Positions 27,427 through 31,428 of a stretch of 31,428 nucleotides of DNA are shown here, piece by piece. Position numbers and translations under genes: made by a program. Position 1 is the stretch's first letter; each line of letters starts with the position of its first letter. Source of the DNA: a virus (lineage: Duplodnaviria > Caudoviricetes); IMG/VR virus record IMGVR_UViG_3300036546_000137, positions 1 through 31,428 of that record, one strand, 5' to 3'. The notes below the pieces were generated by a model, which worked only from the letters and a program-made list of their open reading frames with translations, had not been told where the DNA came from and did no database searches.

Positions 27427-27855
27427 TTATTTGGTCTCCTTGATTACGATTTTGTAGCTGGGTCTTCCCGGCGTTGTGGTGATAGCTTCGCTGAATGCTC
27501 CTGTGATTACAGGGTCAGCTCTCTTCCATTCGGTGATACGGATATCAGCCTTCCAGTTGAACAGCTCATCGAGGGCAGCAGTAAGGCCATGTTCCTGGGC
27601 GATCTTCTGCACTCTGTCGGCATCAACCTTGCGATTCATGCGACCAGTAACGGTGAGCTTGTACTCATCAAGGCTAAGACTCTGAGAGCCTTCAAATTCC
27701 TCGGGGAGAGCGAACATTGCCGATGTGAGATAATCCTCAATCTCTCGGCGGTGATTGATTGCAGCCTGTTCAGCTTCTTTTGCTTCAAGCCATGCAGCCA
27801 TTCCTTCTTTGAGTGCTTCTGGGTTACTAACCATAAGAGCGTCTTTTTTAGCCAT
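27427..27855 (-). CDS. Conserved phage recombination-module hypothetical protein
   Basis: WLEAKEAE..A...RREIED...RKVD...AITT.PGRPS; between ATPase and SSB. Confidence 0.75.
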   Translation of the reverse strand: MAKKDALMVSNPEALKEGMAAWLEAKEAEQAAINHRREIEDYLTSAMFALPEEFEGSQSLSLDEYKLTVTGRMNRKVDADRVQKIAQEHGLTAALDELFNWKADIRITEWKRADPVITGAFSEAITTTPGRPSYKIVIKETK

Positions 27856-28531
27856 TCACATCCCCCTTAATCTTCTCGATGATTACACCAAGGTCTGGCT
27901 CTTCCCACATTTCCAGATTGCCGCTGCGGTCCTTTGCCGACCACTCCCCGTCGGTATCGGTCTGGATCATGCGGTAGGTCTTCCCGTCTTCGCCCTTCTC
28001 GACACGGAGAGCGAATACCTCATCAAAGAAGTAAGGAAGCGCTTGGCCCATCTTGTTTCCTGGCATCATTGGGGCCCAGAGCATACGGCCTGTCTCATCC
28101 TTATCCTTCTCCGTCTTAGCAGAGAAGTAGACGTTATAGCCTTCCAAATCGCGGAAGCTACGGATAAGGTCAGCCATCTGGTCTTGGGTAGCCCCATAGG
28201 CTTGCCTGGGGTCTTTTGCTACCTTCTTTTCGTAGCTAAGCACAACCTCAGCGATCTCAGAGATTGAATCCAGCGCCACGCTCTCGAACTGCTTACGCGC
28301 ATCATCGGTAAACAGATATTCATACGCTTCTCCCAGCTCTGCGAGGCTGTGTATCTCTATATAGGGGATATCTGCTCCGCGTAAGCTCAGTAGCCCAGCC
28401 TCAGCACTTAGTACTAGGGGACGGGGAAGCGTCTTTATCAGTGAGGTCTTTCCTGCCCCACTAATGCCATGCACAAGGATCTTTACGCCGGAAGACGACA
28501 CATCCCTCGTGCTCTTCAAATTAATTGCCAT
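27848..28531 (-). CDS. AAA_24 / Sak4-like P-loop ATPase
   Basis: GISGAGKT, EAGL, LDSISE, AKDRSG; start at 28531 with AAAGGAG RBS. Confidence 0.9.
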   Translation of the reverse strand: MAINLKSTRDVSSSGVKILVHGISGAGKTSLIKTLPRPLVLSAEAGLLSLRGADIPYIEIHSLAELGEAYEYLFTDDARKQFESVALDSISEIAEVVLSYEKKVAKDPRQAYGATQDQMADLIRSFRDLEGYNVYFSAKTEKDKDETGRMLWAPMMPGNKMGQALPYFFDEVFALRVEKGEDGKTYRMIQTDTDGEWSAKDRSGNLEMWEEPDLGVIIEKIKGDVNG

Positions 28532-28694
28532 TGTTGCTCCTTTCAGCGGTTTGTCTCGGTGACAGGTCGCTGTACTGTAATTGATGGCCGTTGCGGGTTC
28601 TTCTGGTGGCCAGCCAGTCAATGGGGTCAAAGTCGGACCCTGTCCCTTTTTTTGAGAAACCTTACTGTCGCTCAGGCTAAGCAGTAGTGGTTTT

Positions 28695-28764
28695 TAGGGA
28701 AGGCAGGATTTGAACCTGCAATATCCGGTGCTACCTTAGCGTCTACCAATTCCGCCACTTCCCT
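28695..28764 (-). ncRNA. tRNA-Leu-like element lacking an anticodon arm (70 nt)
   Basis: AGGGAAG-TG-GCGGAATTGGTAGACGC-19 nt-GCAGG TTCAAAT CCTGC-CTTCCCT-A: perfect acceptor, Leu-type D arm and T arm, no 5 bp/7 nt anticodon stem-loop, no encoded CCA. Confidence 0.7.
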
Positions 28765-28879
28765 AGGCTTCTCGGCTACCGCACAGGCTAAATAACCGAG
28801 AATGTTTTCCAGAAACAAATTGTGAATTAATTTTCTGCCGTCTTTCCGGCTGTCTTTGGATTGTCCCTCTCAAGAGGTA

Positions 28880-28945
28880 TGGAGCTTAGAGGAATCGAAC
28901 CTCTCTTTGGCCTTGGGAGATGGAGCAACTCCCTTCCATAGCCCC
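28880..28945 (-). ncRNA. tRNA-Ala/tmRNA-like element lacking a D arm (66 nt)
   Basis: GGGGCTA-34 nt-AGAGG TTCGATT CCTCT-AAGCTCC-A: G3:U70 and A73 present, A7:A66 mismatch, one internal GGGAG/CTCCC hairpin. Confidence 0.62.
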
Positions 28946-29042
28946 GATTGGCAGCCCGATAAATATGTGTCCGCAACCGGACTGCCGATATGTCTATGTA
29001 GTTTTGTTTGACTCACAGAAGCCTGTTTCAGGCAGTGTGATG

Positions 29043-29189
29043 CTAAGCAGGGTGTAGCCACTTGAGCAGCTTCATGGTTGTATTGGTATGGGTGAATCTG
29101 TCTCTCCTGGCACCGCATACGCAGTAAAAATCATAGTAGTAGTCCTTGCGGTTCCAGAGAGGGAACAGAACGATTAGCAATCTATTCAT
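29043..29189 (-). CDS. 48 aa hypothetical protein (absent from ORF track)
   Basis: MNRLLIVLFPLWNRKDYYYDFYCVCGARRDRF...; ATGA overlap with upstream stop and GAGGA RBS. Confidence 0.55.
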   Translation of the reverse strand: MNRLLIVLFPLWNRKDYYYDFYCVCGARRDRFTHTNTTMKLLKWLHPA

Positions 29190-29452
29190 GCTTGGTCCTC
29201 ATTGTCTGATAGGCCGGAAGACTCTCCGGCTGGAGCCTTGGTAGTGGTATTACCTTTTCTATATGTCAAAGATCTAACGGAGTTCTTACGCCGTTTTCGA
29301 TTCATAAGCCATGCATCAAGTTCGTCCTTGTCGACGCGATTTACTCTCCCAATCTTGAAGTGTGGGATGTCATTTGATGCCAGGAGACGCCTTACTTGCG
29401 TCTCGGAGAGCTGGAGGTAATCAGCTACCTGTACAGGGGAAAGTAGAGTCAT
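29186..29452 (-). CDS. xis: Excisionase-like HTH_17 DNA-binding protein
   Basis: LLSPVQVADYLQLSETQVRRL....IPHFKIGR..RV....LDAWL. Confidence 0.85.
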   Translation of the reverse strand: MTLLSPVQVADYLQLSETQVRRLLASNDIPHFKIGRVNRVDKDELDAWLMNRKRRKNSVRSLTYRKGNTTTKAPAGESSGLSDNEDQA

Positions 29453-29625
29453 TGGGCATCCTCACTCAGTAGGAAGGTCGCGAATGCGATAATTGCATCG
29501 TGGTAGAACATGGGTCTGCGAACCGATGTCTTGTTGATAGCCTTCTTTATGGTCTCTTTCTCTTGCTCGGAGAATCTTTGTATGACGATGTGTGCTGTGC
29601 TTTTGCTAGGTGTTTTGTGGTTCAT
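29449..29625 (-). CDS. 58 aa ribbon-helix-helix regulator in the Cro position (absent from ORF track)
   Basis: MNHKTPSKSTAHIVIQRFSEQEKETIKKAINKTSVRRPMFYHDAIIAF...; first gene after the early promoter; ATGA overlap with xis. Confidence 0.68.
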   Translation of the reverse strand: MNHKTPSKSTAHIVIQRFSEQEKETIKKAINKTSVRRPMFYHDAIIAFATFLLSEDAQ

Positions 29626-29631
29626 AACACT

Positions 29632-29660
29632 AAGTTACCGTGCATTTGCACGTATGTCAA
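29632..29660 (-). promoter_or_regulatory. Early lytic promoter with operator palindrome in the spacer
   Basis: TTGACA-17 nt-TAACTT; CGTGCA-AA-TGCACG at 29639-29652. Confidence 0.82.
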
Positions 29661-29704
29661 TGAAAATATTCGTTTTTTTTGGTATTTATTGGGCATTTGC
29701 AGGG

Positions 29705-29732
29705 TAGACAAATGCAAGGTTAGATGTAGAAT
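29705..29732 (+). promoter_or_regulatory. Repressor promoter (PRM-like)
   Basis: TAGACA-16 nt-TAGAAT, 6 nt before the repressor ATG; overlapped/flanked by GCATTTGCA (29693) and CAAATGCA (29709). Confidence 0.65.
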
Positions 29733-29738
29733 GGAATT

Positions 29739-29927
29739 ATGAAAACAAAGTCAGAAAGCAAGTATTTCTGGACTCGCATCGAGGAGGGACTACGTGAGAG
29801 AGGTATCACTCTTGCAGAACTATGTAGGCAACAGGATATCAAGTACGATTCAATTATTTCTTCCAAGATGCATGGGACAACCCTCTTGCTTGGCTGGGGT
29901 CTTACCTATCAGCCACGACAGGCATGA
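29739..29927 (+). pseudogene. Truncated XRE-type HTH repressor (N-terminal part only)
   Basis: FWTRIEEGLRERGITLAELCRQQDIKYDSI is an XRE HTH start; last ~17 codons are integrase DNA read out of frame. Confidence 0.7.
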
Positions 29928-30400
29928 GACAAGGTGAAATTCGCGCCCTGGTAAAAGAAGATGTAAAAGATAGTCACCTAATAGTCACGCATTCATATGA
30001 TCGCATAGTGGGGGCTAAAAGCACCAAGGCGGATAAAGAGAGACAGATACCAATCCCCGGCAAACTGAGGGATGAGCTGCTTCGCTGGGCCCCAGAGAAG
30101 GGATTTATCTTTTCTGTTGATAACGGAGTCTCCCCGGTTTCGCCGGATAGTTTGCTTGATGGATTATATGCAAGGCTGGAGGATTTAGGGATCGATCACG
30201 AGAAGCGCAATCTATGTTTCCACTCCTGGAGGCACTTCTTCAATACGAGGCTGATTGCATCGGGAGTACAGGGAGAAATCACCCGCGCTATTGTAGGCCA
30301 TGAGAGCGAGGATATGACCGAGAGATATCTACATTTAACTGCAAGTGACATGGAGGTAGTAGCTAGGGTACAGAATGAATTAGTAAAGGTGGTGGGATAA
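29867..30400 (+). pseudogene. int: Tyrosine integrase, catalytic domain only (5'-truncated)
   Basis: Frame reads DAWDNPLAWLGSYLSATTGMRQGEIRAL...KSTK...HSWRH...VGH...ERYLH (R-K-H-R-H-Y intact); in-frame TAG at 29825, no arm- or core-binding domain. Confidence 0.85.
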
Positions 30401-30463
30401 ACTTTACGCCACCTAATCTTGGCTGTGTTTAGTTTTTATAAGAAATGACTGCTTTCGTAAAGC

Positions 30464-30495
30464 AAGCCCCCGGCTTATCACCGAGGGCTTTTTTT
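30464..30495. terminator. Bidirectional intrinsic terminator between int and lysis genes
   Basis: AAGCCCCCGG-CTTATCA-CCGAGGGCTT then T run on plus; fully paired with one G:U on minus. Confidence 0.85.
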
Positions 30496-31018
30496 ACAAT
30501 GATACCTTAACTACTATCCCCCCACCAGCCCCAATAAGCACCCCGTATGCAGCTCCCTTTGGCCCGGCGATCAGATAACCGGTTACACCTCCAGCGACAG
30601 CTCCAACCAGTGAGTAAAGCATATACGACTGAATCTCTATAGTTTTATCCTGGTCAGAAATCCGCTGGCGCATCCACGCCATATCTTCGGGCAAGCTCCC
30701 TAACGATGTCCTCAATTCGGTGATGCCCATCTGCGAGGCTTGAAGCTGTACCAATTGCGTCTTCAACTCCTGCTGCCCCAGCGTCAATGGCATCAGCGAT
30801 GTTTCCAGCTGACTGCTGAGCGTCGGATATTGCTCCCTCTGCTGCATCAATTCCTGAAACAGCATCCCCCACAATTCTTCTGTCGGCACGCTTTCGAGCC
30901 CACTCTGCGAGGGAAGCGAGGAGCCGCTTGCCTCCGAATACAATGGAGCCGAGCACAAGAGCACCAGCAACAAGATAAAACCAATGGCCTTTAACCCAAA
31001 GTGTAATTTTCTGCACAT
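30494..31018 (-). CDS. Spanin-like protein: signal peptide, coiled coil, C-terminal Gly-rich membrane segments
   Basis: MCRKLHFGLKAIGFILLLVLLCSAPLYS signal, Leu/Gln heptads, LVGAVAGGVTGYLIAG..GAAYGVLIGAGGG; ATG 31018 is 5 nt from AAGGAG. Confidence 0.6.
   Translation of the reverse strand: MCRKLHFGLKAIGFILLLVLLCSAPLYSEASGSSLPSQSGLESVPTEELWGMLFQELMQQREQYPTLSSQLETSLMPLTLGQQELKTQLVQLQASQMGITELRTSLGSLPEDMAWMRQRISDQDKTIEIQSYMLYSLVGAVAGGVTGYLIAGPKGAAYGVLIGAGGGIVVKVSL
30654..31016 (-). CDS. i-spanin-like protein embedded in another frame
   Basis: GTG 7 nt from the same AAGGAG; N-terminal TM WFYLVAGALVLGSIVFGG then Ala/Asp-rich heptads. Confidence 0.6.
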   Translation of the reverse strand: MQKITLWVKGHWFYLVAGALVLGSIVFGGKRLLASLAEWARKRADRRIVGDAVSGIDAAEGAISDAQQSAGNIADAIDAGAAGVEDAIGTASSLADGHHRIEDIVRELARRYGVDAPADF

Positions 31019-31281
31019 CATGACTCCTTCTTTGGCCGAGCGAGGAAATCCGCCCCTGCCTGAGAGACGAAGATGATCAACCAGGACCACCCCATTTGTC
31101 CAACCGAGTACCATCCTGACCACCCCATTACAAAGGTCTGATTCCCTACTGCCAAAAGCAAGGACAAGGCTAAAGCCACAGAGATGATCTCTACTTTAGT
31201 GGCTTTCCCTTTCCGGCTTTTCTTGTAGATTCGCATTAAGAATCCGAGACAGATAGCGATTAAATAAATCAGATTTTCCAT
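31018..31281 (-). CDS. Probable holin (three hydrophobic segments)
   Basis: 87 aa from ATG 31281 (GGAGGT RBS), hydrophobic segments separated by a basic loop, charged C-terminus; upstream of spanin-like genes. Confidence 0.65.
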   Translation of the reverse strand: MENLIYLIAICLGFLMRIYKKSRKGKATKVEIISVALALSLLLAVGNQTFVMGWSGWYSVGQMGWSWLIIFVSQAGADFLARPKKES

Positions 31282-31282
31282 T

Positions 31283-31428
31283 CTAAACACCTCCTAGTGT
31301 TGGCCACTCCACGTTCCAAGGAAATCCAGCTTGGTCTGGGATATCTCTCAATGCCTGTATGTAAGCGTCAAGAGCGACAATATCATCAGAGGGAGTCAAT
31401 CCTTGCCTAACCTCAGAATTGTATCGTG
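31283..31428 (-). CDS. Second tail fibre assembly chaperone, C-terminal fragment (absent from ORF track)
   Basis: ...LDAYIQALRDIPDQAGFPWNVEWPTLGGV*, same motif as 1085..1381. Confidence 0.82.
   Translation of the reverse strand, partial: RYNSEVRQGLTPSDDIVALDAYIQALRDIPDQAGFPWNVEWPTLGGV

Larger units (their letters stand above)
1..31428. mobile_element. Siphovirus-type temperate-lineage phage genome, circularly permuted and near complete
   Basis: Complete head, tail, packaging, replication and lysogeny modules with no host genes; late-operon genes run off the left edge and re-enter at the right edge in the same orientation. Confidence 0.95.

Noticed and set aside
28695-28945. Calling the two elements functional decoding tRNAs
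   Set aside because: Neither has a canonical cloverleaf: one lacks the anticodon arm, the other the D arm and a 7 nt loop.
28870-29118. 82 aa minus-strand ORF across the structured RNA region
   Set aside because: No RBS, overlaps the coupled 48 aa ORF and the Ala-like element.
29924-30400. Complete 158 aa mini-integrase starting at 29924
   Set aside because: The start Met lies inside the first catalytic box and integrase-like sequence continues upstream, so it is a truncation.
29739-30400. Firm host assignment (repressor and integrase wording is reminiscent of spirochaete elements)
   Set aside because: Impression from motifs only; needs homology or CRISPR-spacer matching.

Overview
The whole window is DNA of a long-tailed (siphovirus-type) temperate-lineage phage, almost all coded on the minus strand, and it looks like a circularly permuted, near-complete genome opened inside the tail-fibre region. 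Read right to left: end of a tail-fibre chaperone, holin and two fully overlapping spanin-like genes; a bidirectional terminator; a damaged lysogeny module on the plus strand (repressor N-terminus joined out of frame to the catalytic half of a tyrosine integrase); divergent promoters; an early operon (RHH regulator, Xis-like HTH, a ~500 nt structured non-coding stretch with two incomplete tRNA-like elements, Sak4-like ATPase, DUF669 SSB, exonuclease, SF2 helicase, small accessory genes, primase-helicase, iteron origin, VRR-NUC); then a late operon (HNH, TerS, TerL, portal-MuF fusion, T4-gp21-type protease, HK97 capsid, connectors, tail tube, frameshifted chaperones, tape measure, 1502 aa tail tip/fibre, chaperone, membrane proteins, DUF2793 protein). 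No endolysin and no host genes are visible. Family calls are from motif recognition by eye, not database searches. The most unusual signals are the pair of arm-deleted tRNA mimics in the early transcript, the two-frame lysis gene pair starting from one RBS, and the repressor-integrase deletion junction.
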